Source: Felis catus (lineage: Eukaryota). From it: 64,000 bases of DNA. Shown here piece by piece: positions 23,131-35,752 of the stretch; position 1 is the first letter of the stretch, and each line of letters opens with the position of its first letter. Both the position numbers and the translations under genes were made by a program. The stretch is taken from assembly GCF_018350175.1 (NCBI RefSeq), contig NC_058368.1:90460001-90524000 (forward strand). Reading direction: 5' to 3'. The notes below the pieces were generated by a model. That model was not told where the DNA came from and ran no database searches. It saw only the letters and a list, made by a program, of their open reading frames with translations.

Positions 23131-24351
23131 GCTCTCTCATCCCCCATGTCTACAGAGCTCCACACTCCTCCTGTTTGTCCAATCACCTACTTGGTATGTA
23201 GGGTGTACCACAGCTAACTCAGACTTAATCTGTCCAAACCTGAAGCAGCTTCTCCTCAGTCCTGTTTTCCTTTCTCTGCTCCTGTCTGATAATGTCACTA
23301 CCATCCACCTAGTCACATAAACCAGAGCCAGAGAGCTGGTCTAGCCCTTCCTTCTTTACTCCTCGCATCCAGTCGGTCCCTGCGTCCTACTGAGCCCACC
23401 ACCTTAGTTTTGGTTCTTTGGATCTACACACTTCTCTCCATTCACTAAAACCAACTTCTGATGCTTGAATCATTTTAATCACGTCTAAAGCTAGTCCTGT
23501 TGCAATCTCCACCCTCATCCATGTTGCGCCCTATGGTTAGAGGGAGTGCATCGAAGGGCAAATCTGACCCCGTCACCATCCTCCTGCAAGTTCTTCAATG
23601 GCACCCTGTTGAGGGTTCATTGGCCCTCAGGTCTTTGTAACCCAGAGCGTGGCTCCACTGACCTTCCGGCTCTGGTACTAGTGTCACTCCCCATCAACTT
23701 CCTAACCACACCCATGCTGTATGCCAGCCAGTGGTGCACCTTGCTGGAACACCTCAATCCATGTCAGGTAGCAACTTTAGTAATGCACTAATCTGAGCCA
23801 AGTGCCAGAGGGACGAGTCATTACCTCCCTGGTAGCCTTGCTGACCACTCAGCACCTGTGCTTAACTCCTCATGGTGTCAGAATCTCACTCAACCTGCAA
23901 ATGCACCCTGAGGAGGAGAATCACTGTTCCTGCTATACAGCAGATGGAAGTCAGGTTACACAAGGCTTCCCACGACATGAGCATTCGTAGGTCATGGGGA
24001 GGATCTACTGCCATCCTCAATCCTCCTGGCCCTGCCTCCCTCCTGGTCAGACTGGGGCAGGCCCAAAGTAACTTTGCTTCCACCTATGAAGCTGAGTGAG
24101 GAGTCTGGTGTGAAACACAAGCAGCAGGGAGTGAGTCAGAGCTTCAAACTGTAAGAACACCACCCCTATGCCAAGCACAAAGAATCCCATCAAGCTGCTG
24201 TTACCAGAAAAACGGGCTGTGCCATGATGGTCTCTCCCTCCCTTCCTCTTTCTCTCTCTCTCCCTCTCTCTGTCTCTCACGTGCGTGCGCATGCAGTGCG
24301 TGCGCATGCACGCACACACACACGGGCATAAACGATTCTTTGTAAAATTAA

Positions 24352-24897
24352 GTTTTATTTATTTTAAATGTTTATGTTTGAGAGAGACAGGGTGAGACTG
24401 CACAGGCGGGGAAGGGGCAGAGAGAGAGAGGGAGACAGAGGATCCAAAGTGGGCTTGCCAACATCGGAGAGCGTGATGTGGGGCTCAAACCCACAAACCT
24501 CGAAATCATGACCCGAGCCAAAGTCAGACGCTCAACCAACTGAGCCACACAGGTGCCCCACTGCTTCATAAAATATTAAAAAAAGAAAAATATCACAGAA
24601 CCACAGAATCTGCTACTAAAGATTCCACTTTTAAGATACTATTGGTCTTAATAGTTCAGAATTGTAATTTATTTTTTTATTTTTTTAATGTTTATTTTTA
24701 TTTTGAGAGAGAGAGAGAGAGAAAGAGAGGGAGAGAGTCAGAGAAAGAGGGAGACACACAGAATCCAAAGCAGGCTGCAGGCTCCAGGCTCTGAGCTGTC
24801 AGCACAGAGCCCGACATGGGGCTCAAACTCACAAACCATGAGATCATGACCTGAGCTGAAGTCAGACACTTAGCTGACTGAGCCACCCAGGCAACCC
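24352..24897 (-). mobile_element. Two Can-SINEs (24352-24559, 24668-24897)
   Basis: Reverse heads and GA tracts. Confidence 0.86.
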
Positions 24898-25964
24898 TGA
24901 ATTATCAGTAATTTAGAAGTATGGTGAGTACTAAAGAGATCTGTAAGCACTCCTCCTTGCCACTGAATCCACCTACAAGGACATACTGAAAATAGCAAGT
25001 TCTAAGAAATGCATTTTCCAGAAAACTTTATGCTTTGGGATCCAGACATTTTTACCATCATTTTTAAAATTTTTTATCTTTAACAAATTACAGGTTCATG
25101 TATCTACTAAAAAAAAAAAAAAAAAGAATTAGAGTTCACAAGAAATTGGAAAGAGAGTACAGAGAGGTCCTGTGTATCCTTCACCCAGTTTCCCCCAATG
25201 GTTCCCCTACACAGTACTCACCAAGATCCTACTATGTGCCAGACGCTGCCCTATACAAGTTGAGCATAAAATAATGGCCAATTCAGATATGCACAAGGTT
25301 TTTACTACACTACACTCTGACAAGGCATTAGGCACTGGGGATAAAAAAAAAAAATACTTCCCACTCCTACCAGCTGGGATGTGATGATGAAGTTATGGAG
25401 GCAGCAGGATGAACTATTATGGGAGGAAGGAGAAGGGCACTTGAGTTAGGTACTGAAAGAACAAAGAAATAGGAGGAAGGCATACCAGGCTGAGAGGCAA
25501 AGGCAAGGATACACAAATGAGCACTGAGTAGGAGTGGACAGAAGGAGGCAAGCAGAAAAAATGAGTAGCAGTTTAATGTTGCTTAAGTGTAAATGGCACA
25601 ACAGGAAGTGCTGAAAGAGAGAGGCTGTGAATGGACTGTGATGGCCCCAAAATGTTATTTACTAATGTGAAATTTCAAAAAAAGACACAAAACTAGAGAG
25701 AACAGTATACTGAACCCTCATTATGCTCCTCACCCAACTTAAACAACTATTAGTATTTGGCCATTTTGTTGCATTTCTACCTCCCTATTCCCCCCCTCCC
25801 CATCCCTGAAACTGGGTTATTTAAGAAACAAATCTTGGGCACAGTATCATTCAATCCACAAATACTTCAGTAGGTATCTTTAAAAGGTAAAATCTCTTAA
25901 AAATATACATGTGTGTATAACATCACAATACTGTTACCACACCTAAAACATTAATAATTATTAT

Positions 25965-26362
25965 CACCACCTCAAAGACATTAGGATGGCTACTATGCAA
26001 AACAAAACAAAAAAACAAAACAAAACAAAACAAAAAACAAAAAAGCCCACCAAATGTTGGAGGGGGCTGTGGAGAAACTGGAACCCTTATGCACTGTTGG
26101 TGGGCATGAAATGGTGCATCTGCTGTGGAAAACAATATGGTGGTTCCTCAAAAAATAAAAACACAGATTTCCATTTAATTCAGCAATATTGTTTCCAAAA
26201 GAATTCATTTCCAAAAGCACTGAAAGCAAGAACTTGACCAGGTATTTGTAGACCATGTTCATAGCCGCATATTCACTGTAGCCAAAAGGTCAAAGCAACC
26301 TGAGTCCATCAGTGGATGAATGAAACAAAATGTGGGCCATCCACACAATGGAATATTATTCA
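25965..26362 (+). mobile_element. L1M ORF2 3' fragment
   Basis: TGTGGAGAAACTGGAACCCTTATGCACTGTTGGTGGG...GGATGAATGAAACAAAATGTGG...ACAATGGAATATTATTCAGC. Confidence 0.8.
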
Positions 26363-28857
26363 GCTCCATGTTGACAGCAGAGAACCCGATGCGGAGCTCA
26401 AACTCACAAACCATGAGATCATGACCTGAGCCGAAGTCAGCCACTTAACTGACTGAGCCACCCAGGCACCCCAGGGAGGGTTATTTTGGAATAATACTTG
26501 AGCTCACTTAAAAAACAGCAGATAATTAATTATTGATTAGACTAGATCTCTCTAAAATGCTCTGGAACTCTATGATTCTGTGCAATCAGGCATTTGTAGA
26601 TAAATATGACAAAAATGCACCGTGAACTACTGAAAGCATAAACACCATGACGTTGTCATATATGAGGAAATCTTGACTTAATGGAGGGATCGCGTGTGTA
26701 AGAGTGATACCCTTCCCTTCCAAAGCCACGCCCTCACCGGGTCCTCTATCCCATTCCTATGTGGCCTCTTTAAGGGTCTTGCTCATTCCATCACCACCTT
26801 TTCCTCTGTTTTCCATCCATCTCCCTGTTTACCAATTCTTTCCTCCCCTAAGCACTGGCAACACTCCATGCCTCCCATCTTTTGGCCCCCATCCTACTCT
26901 ACGTACCATCTGGCTCAGTGTTAAGGGTATAGCTAGGCTGGGTTCAAACCCTGGTTTAGTTGCTTAATTGCTGCGTGCTCACAGGCAAATTACTAAGCAT
27001 CTCAAGAAGCCCTGTTTCCTCATAGGAAGAAGGGCTGCTGCTGGTGGGGCGTGGGCACCACTTCCTGGGGGGCTGTGAGGCACATCACTACTGCTTACCG
27101 AGCAGCTGACAACGTTCTCACGGGTCAGCCCATCCCCTCCCTTCACTTCGGAGCTTCTTCAAAGATGGATCTCTACTTTGCCGTATGAACCAAGGTGACC
27201 TCCTGGATCTTAAATCCAAGGGACACTTTAAAACTGTATTGACTTAACCTCTCTGAGGCACTGAACTACGATGACCATTCCTCCCTTCTCTAAACATCTT
27301 CTCCCTTAAGGCCCATGAGATGGCTCTCTGGATGGCTCTCCATGGCTGCCCTCTGCAAGCTGCTGCTTCTCCTGATCCTGCTCCTGTGATGTCTGTCGCC
27401 CACAAGGCCTTGGTCCCTTTTCACTGCTGTCCTCTCCCTAGGTATCCCATCCACACTCGGGGCCTTGGCCACAGCCTGGTAACTTGGCACCGAGCGGGCA
27501 CTCAAATATTTACTGAATGAACATTTCCCGGATCTTCATCTTTGTGCCCAGTCCTCTGTCCTGTGCTCTAGATTCACGTTATTAGACTGTAAACTGGGAA
27601 ACTTCACATCGCCACATGGATACTGGGCAGGATGTCCTCCAAACTTGGCTCCTCCTCTCATGCTCACCCACTAGATACATGGCTCAATCCTTGTCCTCTG
27701 CTAACTCTACCTCCTAAATTGATCTCCAGTGTCCAATCCCTCCACACCACCACACCTCCCTTTTAGTTCAACTGCTCATTTTTTTACCTAGATTACTGAA
27801 ATAACTTCATGCTGATCTATTTCTATTCTCTCTGTTCTAATCCATCCTTTATGTTGTTATCAAAGTGATCACTATAAAAACACACATCTGAACCATTTTT
27901 AAATCCCTTATTCCCCCCCTTATTCACTTACAGATGAATTTCAAATTCCTTACTCTGGCACTAAGGGTGTGTTTGATCTGACCCCGATGAGCCTTTCCAT
28001 TTAGTCCTCTGCCATTTCGTTGGGGACCCAACTTCAAGTGAATTTCTTTCAGGACTGAGAATATACCTAGCCTGGTGATCACCTACGAATCCTTTAAGAT
28101 TGAGTTCAAACATCAACTCCTCTGTAGTATTTTTTCCCTGACCACCTGCCCCACACCTGGTCAAGTTCCTTATTCCATCCCTAGCACTCTAACAAAGCGT
28201 TGTATGCACTACTTACATTCCATACTCACAGTGAAGCACTGGAGTCATACTGTAAATATGCACTCATCTGTTTCTTTTAATCTCCCCGCGCCCCCCCTCC
28301 CCCCCAGTCTGTGGAGGACAAGAACCTTGCCCTTTTCCTGCCCAGGGCCAGCGAGTTACAGGTACCCAATGACTGTTTCCAGATTAACCCTCCCTCCTCC
28401 TTCCCCATGACTTCCCTTCATGGTCACTCAACTGTTCTTTAGCCTCGAGCACATCTGTCTTTCAGTTTCACGGGCTCTCTGTGACCAATAACGGAGGCAG
28501 TATTAGTTCACTTAATCTTCATGACAACCTACCGGGTCGGTGCTGTTACCCCAATTTCAAGATCAAAGCACTGAGGCTTAAAGAAGTTAAACCCCTTGGA
28601 AAGTGAGCACTAAACCAGGATTTGAACACAGATTTAGTTGATTCAAAGTCCAACTTAGGCGACTCAGTCCAACTTAGGCGACTCAGTCAAATGTGCCTCT
28701 TTTTCATCTCAAAACTTCCTAGAGTTTTTACTTCTCTCCCTCTTCTCTGAGAGGAAAACATCTCTCCTTGCAAATGTTAACTGCTCTCACCTGCACCTTC
28801 CTACTTCTTTTGGATCTGCTTCATCTGAGACTTTCTCCCTTCAAGTTATTCCCCTCC

Positions 28858-29211
28858 AGGGGTGCCTGGCTGGCTCAGTTGGTGGAACATGTGACTCTTG
28901 ATCTCGAGGTCAGGAGTTTGAGCCCCACGTTGGGTGTAGAGCTTACTTCAAAAAAACAAAAAACAAAAAACAAAACAACTCCCCGGGGTGCCTGGGTGGC
29001 TCAGTCAGTTAAGCACCCAACTTTGGCTCAGGTCATGATCTCATGGTTAATGAGTTCAAGCTCTGCATCGAGCTCTCTGGTGTCAGTGCGAGCTCTCTGG
29101 TGTCAGTGCAGAGGCCACTTTGGATCCTCTGCTTCCCTCTCTCCCTGACCCTCCCCTGCTCACTTGCTCTTTCACTCTCTCTCACTCAAAAAATAAACAT
29201 TTTTTAAAAAA
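28858..29211 (+). mobile_element. Two tandem Can-SINEs (28858-28976, 28985-29211)
   Basis: TATTCCCCTCC flanks the pair; 20-bp internal duplication at ~29069-29108. Confidence 0.83.
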
Positions 29212-29258
29212 GTATTCCCCTCCTCACCTCAAAAATAACTTCAATATTTTGTTCAGAG

Positions 29259-29415
29259 CACTGGTTCTCAAAGTGTGGTCCCAGACCAGTAGCATGAGCA
29301 TCACCTGGGAACCACCTACTAGGAATGCAATTCTCAGGCCTACTCCAGATGCCCTGAGTCAGAAACTCGGGGTCGGGCTCAGGAAACAGTTTTAAACAAG
29401 TCTTCCAGGTGTAAC
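29259..29415. mobile_element. MER5A-like hAT MITE
   Basis: GGTTCTCAAAGTGTGGTCCCAGACCAGTAGCATGAGCATCACCTGGGA...TTTTAAACAAG. Confidence 0.7.
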
Positions 29416-29651
29416 CATATTAAAAATAAACAGGTGAAGCTAATTTTAATAACATGTTTAAACCCAATATATTACCATTTCAAACGTAATTAATATTTTA
29501 AAAGGAGAGATTTTGCATTCCTTTTTGATTAGAAGTTTTCAAAACTCAGTGTTTTTTATGTTTGGCACAATACAATTTGGACTAGGCACACTTCAAGCAC
29601 GTAACAGCCCTCTGTGGCCGGTGGCTACTGTACTGGACAACACTGCTCTAG
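29416..29651. mobile_element. MER3/MER33-like hAT-Charlie element
   Basis: Ends GTGGCTACTGTACTGGACAACACTGCTCTAG, typical MER3-family terminus. Confidence 0.6.
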
Positions 29652-31438
29652 GAACTGACCTTGAATGTAAGTCTTTAGGACAGTCCTGAGACAAAAGGAA
29701 GCACCCCTGACCTGGCTGCCTGCTTCAGGCAGCAGGCTCCTCACCACACACAAGGCTCTCCTCAAAGCCTGCCCTCCTGCATCAGAAAGCTGAACTTCAA
29801 CACACCAAGCCCCCTTGTGCTTCTGCACAGGCGGCTTCTTCGCTGAAGTACTCAACCTTGCCCCTCCTTTCTGTTTCTCCCAAACTCCTTCTCATGATCT
29901 TATTCAATGTATTCTGCAAAAAGCTACTGAGAGCTCACTGAGTCAGCCACCATCTGGGCCCCAGGGATACAGCAGAGAACAAAACAGACAAAGCCCTTGC
30001 TCTCCTGGAACCTACATTCTAGTTGGTTTGTGCTCCCAAGTAAATAAAGCACAGAAAGGGCATTTGCAGGGCTTACAATTTTAAAGAAGGTACTCAAGAA
30101 AGGCTTCACAGAGCATGAGCAGTTTGAGCCAAAGTCAGCAGGAGATGAGAGAGTGTGCCATGGCTACACCTCTGGAAGAGGGTCCAGGCTGGGGGAAGAG
30201 TGGCATAGAGGCTGAGGGGGAGTGTGTCTCGTGGTGGTGTGGGAGAGGGGACCTGGAAGAGGGAAGAGAGTGAAAGCAAGAGAGGGCAGGAGGGACAGGG
30301 GTGCCAGACTGCACAGGGCAGTCTAGCCAGGTGGACCCTGCCTAAGGGTTGGCTTTTCCCTTGGGTGAGATGGAAAACTGAGCAGGAGAACAAGATCATT
30401 CTGACTGCTGCACAGAGAGCAGACTGTAGGAGGGCTAGGGCAAACAGGGAGACTGAGTAGGAGGCAATATTCTAGGTTTAAAAAAAAAAAAAAGATTGCT
30501 TAGACTAGGGTGGTAGTGAAGGGGCCAATTCTGGATGTATGCTGAAAGTGGAGCTGCTGAGGTTTGCTGACAGCACTTGGCCCAAGGGTCTCCGGGAGAA
30601 CAGTGTCCCTGGCAGGCCCATGTGTGGCTAGAGTGCAGTGAGTGATGGCAGGTGGCAGCAGAGAGGTCCTGATGAACTCTCAGACCAGTGATGGGGAGAG
30701 GCCATGGGTCTGTGCGGTTAAGGATGGAGGCTGGTGGAGAATTGGTTTTGCCACGAGTACAGGGAGCTGTGGGCATCCCCCTGCACTTAACAGCAGAGAG
30801 CACGTAGTACCCACATCCTACCGTCCTCCCCAACTCCCAAAGGTGACTGGAGAGTTTGCCACTAGCTTTTTGTACAGTCCTCTGGTGTGGTACATATGAC
30901 AGCACAGTGATGGCTGTCTCTGCATCTGTCTCTGTCAGCTCCTAGGGTAGGGTCACTCCCTCATTCACCTGTCTTTCCAGCACCAGAATGAGACCTGACT
31001 TATCACCAGTGTTCAGTAAACAGCTCTCCTAAATTCTGCCTGTTGGTTGGGACTGGCTAGTTTGCCAAACCAAAACAACATCCCATGGTTGGCAAGATCT
31101 TCTGGCAAAAGTTCACACCTGATTAACAACAACACATAAACAAACGTTTATGAAGAAATCTCCTAGGGGTGGCCCTGGCTGGCTCAGTCATAAGAGATTC
31201 TTGATCTCAGGGTCATGAGTTTGAGTTGGGTGCATTACTTTAAAATACATACGTACATAATAGCTCCTAAACCAACAAGAGCAACCATTTATTAAGCACC
31301 TATTCTGTGCAAGGCCTAGCAACTCTGCAAAGCAGGTGTTGTTTTCACCATTTCACAGGGAAGGGAACTAAGGCTTGGAGAGGGTAAGCAGAGCAAAGAG
31401 GAAGAGGATCAGAGGTAACTATAGCTCAGAAGCAGTGC

Positions 31439-31440
<2 letters not shown>

Positions 31441-31480
<40 letters not shown>
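31441..31480. repeat. (GT)20 microsatellite
   Basis: Read directly. Confidence 0.95.
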
Positions 31481-31481
<1 letters not shown>

Positions 31482-32263
31482 AACTTCTGAAGACATAGTA
31501 GAGAGCAGTGTGGGGTGTGAGCTACACACATCCACCTGCAGTGTCACAGCTCCCAGGGAGGCTGGCTGCCTGCCATACTGAAGACTGGCATAGTACCCAG
31601 AACTCACATAAATTCTGAACTGTCCACATAACGACTTATACAGACTTCATCATATGATCAAGTGTAGCACATGCATGTGATCAAGTTGTAGCACACCCAA
31701 CTTATCACACAGATTCTAAACTTTCTTGGTTTAGAAGAAAACCATTTCACTGAGGTGAAATAGACAACCTGAGGCAACTTGAGGCAGAAACCATAAATGG
31801 AATCAATGCAACATTAACAGTACACCTATTAGGCAAGACTCCAAAGGGGCTGCAGCTCAAGACCTCGGCATATTTGGAGCTGTGGGTTAGCTCCACGTCT
31901 GATGTCCCCTGCCACTCCTCTACAACTGCTCTGGCAAGGTCACCAATGAGGCCCACGTGGCTAAATGCAATTTCTCAGCTACTCCTAGCCCAGCAGGGAC
32001 TCTCCTGATCTGGGATCAGGAAACGGAATCTCACAAATCAGAAACTCTTGATGAATCAGAATTCATCCCTAAATCTTCAATCAACCAATCACCATAGCCT
32101 GTTCATTTTACCATCTCAATATCTCTGGACTCTGGCCTTCTCCTATTTCCACACCACCACTTTCTAGTTCCTCCTAGTCATGTCTTGCCTAGACCAATAA
32201 AATAGCCCTTCTCTACTACTTATGTTCACCCCCAATCCTTACTCACCCACTGCAAAGTTTTGG

Positions 32264-32470
32264 TTTTTTTTAATGTTTGTTTTTATTTTGAGAGACAGAG
32301 AAAGAACCTGTGGGGGAGGGGCGGAGAGAGAAGGGGAGAGAATCCCAGGTAGGCTTGGGGCTGTCAGCGCAGAAGGTGGCAAGGGACTGGGCTCGTAACC
32401 ATGAACTGTGAGATCCTGACCTGAGCCAAAATCAAGATGCACATGCCCAACTGACCCACCCAGGTGCCCC
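32264..32470 (-). mobile_element. Can-SINE
   Basis: T-run, reverse head; CTGCAAA duplication. Confidence 0.83.
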
Positions 32471-32623
32471 TGCAAACATTATCTAAGGCACAAATTTACT
32501 CAATCATTCACAGTTATTTAAATCCTTTAACTGGCTCTTCACAGTACATACAATCAAGTGCACAGTACATATATCATATACTCTCCACAGTACATACAAT
32601 CAAGTGTAAGCTCCTTGCCATGG

Positions 32624-33100
32624 TATGTGCAATGGTTGATTTTGTGCATCAACTTGACTGGACCATAGAGTGCCCAAATGTTTATTTGGCCAAACATTAT
32701 TCTGGGTGTGTCTGTGAGGGTGCTTCTGGATGAAAATAACATTTGAATCAGCAGCCTGAGTAAAGCAGATTGCCCTCAGTCAGTTGAGGCCTACTAGAAC
32801 AAAAAGATGGAGTTAAGAAGAACTCTTCCTGCCTGCTTGCCTGAGCTAAGACAAAGATTTTCCTGCCTCTGGACTAAAAGGGAAACGCTGTCTCTTTGTG
32901 GGGTCTCAGGCCTGCCAACATTTGGACTGGAACCACACCATTGGTTCTCCTGGGTCTCCAGCTTGCCAACTGCAGATCTTGGGACTTGTTAGTTTCCATA
33001 AATGCATGAGCCAATTTATTATAATCAACCAACCAATCAATCAATATCCTCCTCCCCCATATATATATGAGGGTTCTGTTTCTCCGGAAAACCTGAATAC
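32624..33100. mobile_element. MLT2-type (ERV-L) solo LTR
   Basis: Begins ...ATGGTTGATTTTGTGCATCAACTTGACTGG..., contains GGTTCTCCTGGGTCTCCAGCTTGC, ends GGTTCTGTTTCTCCGGAAAACCTGAATACA; TG...CA termini. Confidence 0.8.
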
Positions 33101-33295
33101 AGTTTGTAAGGCTTTTAAGAGTTGACATGTTTATGTCTGCAGGTTTATTGCTCAACATATTCTTCTCATATTTTTATTTTGCAATTAACATTTGTGGTTG
33201 TTGTGACAGGTATTATACATATATGCATACGTAACAGTGCAAAGAATAATGACAAAACCAACACCATTTTCCAACTGGTCAAGAAACACTTTAGA

Positions 33296-33421
33296 ACCAT
33301 GGCACTCAAAGTGTGGTCCCAGGACCAACACAACTGACATCACCTGAAAGGTTAAAAACCCAAATCTCAGTCTCTGCCACCTCTGCCTTAGAAATCTGCA
33401 TTTTGTTTTTATTTATTTATT

Positions 33422-33465
<44 letters not shown>

Positions 33466-33832
33466 CGCACGCATGCGCACAAGAGTGGGGGAAGGGCAGA
33501 GAGAGAGAGGAGAGGGAGGAAGGGGGGAGAGAGAGAGAGAGAGAGGGAGGGAGGGAGGGAGGGGGAGGGGGAAGGAGAGGAGGGAGGGAGGGAGGGAGGG
33601 AGGGAGGGAGGGAGGGAGGGAGAGAGACAGAGAGAGAATACAAATCCCAAGTAGGCTCTGCACAGCCAGCGCAGAGGCAGATGCAGGACTCCAACTCAAA
33701 AACCTCGAGTTCATGACCAGAGATAAAACCAAGAGTAGGAAGTTAACCAACTGAGCCACCCAGGTGGCCCCAGAAATTTGCATTTTAAAAGGATCTCCAA
33801 GTGATTCATATGCACATTAAGCCTGAGAAGCT
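33296..33832. mobile_element. MER5-like MITE split by a Can-SINE (33402-33771, minus)
   Basis: CTCAAAGTGTGGTCCCAGGACC... left half and ...GTGATTCATATGCACATTAAGCCTGAGAAGC right half; duplicated AGAAATYTGCATTTT flanks the SINE. Confidence 0.65.
33425..33637. repeat. Expanded (GA)n/(GGGA)n polypurine tract inside a SINE
   Basis: Read directly. Confidence 0.9.
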
Positions 33833-34479
33833 CTCCTTATAAATTTCTGTACCCTCCCTCTTCATCCCACAAGAGATAATACCCTGGTTCTGTGTTACTG
33901 GATTTTATTTATAGTTCTACCACCTTCACATAACCTCTCCCCAAACAATATACCACCTTAGTCTCAAAAACAGAAGGCAAGCACACACGAGCTGTGCAAG
34001 GAGAGGGCAGCACTGCCCCCGCTGGACAGAGGCTCCAGGAGAGGGTGAGGAGAGCACTCTCCGGGACGTGGGCTGACTTCCCCTTTGCTGGGAGCTGACA
34101 AGGCCCCTTCTGGGGAAGTGGCAAGCAAGGTCACAAGGGAGTCTGGGGAAACACAGGGCTCTCCACAGCCGGGCGCCAGGCAAGGCTGAGGTGTGCACCA
34201 GGCACCAGACAGAAGTATGGTCAGAGGGAATGGCCTGCCCTGTACTTTCCACTTCCGAGCCCGCCATGGCCCTCTGGCTCTCAGGGAAAAGCTGAGAACT
34301 TCCAGGAGTGATACATGTGTCCTCAGCAGAGCACGAGGAGAGAGACCCTCAGCAGCACATGAATGAGAATCTGGGCCAAGCTCTCCTGGGTGTTCTGTCT
34401 TTGGGTTAAGAGGCTGGTCCAGTGGAAATGTGTGGGGGGCCTGTGTCTTAGCGATGACCGCCTGTCTCTTGCGTCACAC

Positions 34480-35450
34480 GGAGGCAAGACTGCTCAGCTA
34501 CCCTCCACATCTGGTGCAGAACTGCTGTCCCGGGATCACTTTTTACCATCCTCCAAGGGATTCCCTCTTCATTTTTTTCTATGTTGGATCTCCTCTTTTC
34601 TGTACCTCATGTCTTACTGTTTTTTGACTTATCCTTTCAATTTGGTGGAGTACACCTTGCAGTAGCTTCTTGAGAAAGGATGTGTAGCAGTTAAATTTTT
34701 AAAAATCTTTATCTCTGAAAATGACTATTCTATACTCATTCTTGTATACTTTGGCTAGGTCTAGAATTCTAGGTTGGTAATCATTTGCCTTCAGAATTTG
34801 GAAAGCACTGTCTTTTTGCTTCATACGTTGCTGTCATGAAGTCCAAAGGGATTCTGATACTTGATATGTGACCCAGTACATTCTCTACCCTAGAAACTTA
34901 ATCTTTTCTTTAAACTCAGCGTTCAGAAATTTTATGACTGGTATGAGTCTATTTTCTTCCCCACTGCTGAGCACACAGTATGTCCTTTGAATTTAGCAAC
35001 TCATGTCCTTCAGATCTCAAATTATTAATCATTTCTTACCTTGTTTTCTCTTTTCCTGTAATTTCTTTTTAAAGTTTATTTTGGGAGAGAGAGAGAGAGA
35101 AAACATGCACGCACAAGCAGGGGAGGGGCAGAGAGAAGGAGAGACAGAATCCGAAGCAGGCTCTGTGCCATCAGCACAGGACCAAACGCAGGGCTCGAAA
35201 CTCACAAACCCTGAGATCGTGACCTGAGCCGAGACCAAGAGTCAGACACTTAACTGACAGAGCCACCCAGTGCCCCTCTTTCTGTAATTTCTATTATTCA
35301 GTTGTTGGACTTCCTACACTGTCCTTTTGTTTTCTTTTCTATTTTCTGTTTTGTCTTTTTTACTTTACTTTTTGGGAAAATTGCTTTCTGTCAAATTGCT
35401 TTTCTGAATTTTCCAAAATTCTTGTTCCATAAATGTAATATATCCTCTTA
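34480..35450 (-). mobile_element. Ancient L1 (L1ME-like) fragment with a Can-SINE inside (35060-35277)
   Basis: T-rich; TTTGGCTAGGTCTAGAATTCTAGGTTGG...TTCAGAATTTGGAAAGCACTG typical of antisense old L1. Confidence 0.55.
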
Positions 35451-35752
35451 ATCTCTCTCAATGATATTTCATTGGCCAAAATAAGTCCTATGTCCAAGCC
35501 CCATATCAAGGGATGGATAGGTATACTCTGTCTGCTATGAAGCTATGCCAAGGGTGTGGGTTTATAATATGATCTACAGAGTGAAGAACTGAGACCAAAC
35601 ACTTAACTGACCCCCCTACCACTAAGGGCTATGACATACTCCCAAAGGTAACAGCAACTCGTTTTAGCAGTGATAAAGGATAAAAGTCAGGGGACAGGCG
35701 GAGGAGGGAGGGCATCAATAAGCAAGTAGCTGTATATTTAAAAAGTGCTGCA

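Noticed and set aside
33409..33783. Cluster of ORFs with (ER)n, (SL)n and (PPSL)n products
   Set aside because: Simple-repeat translations within a SINE
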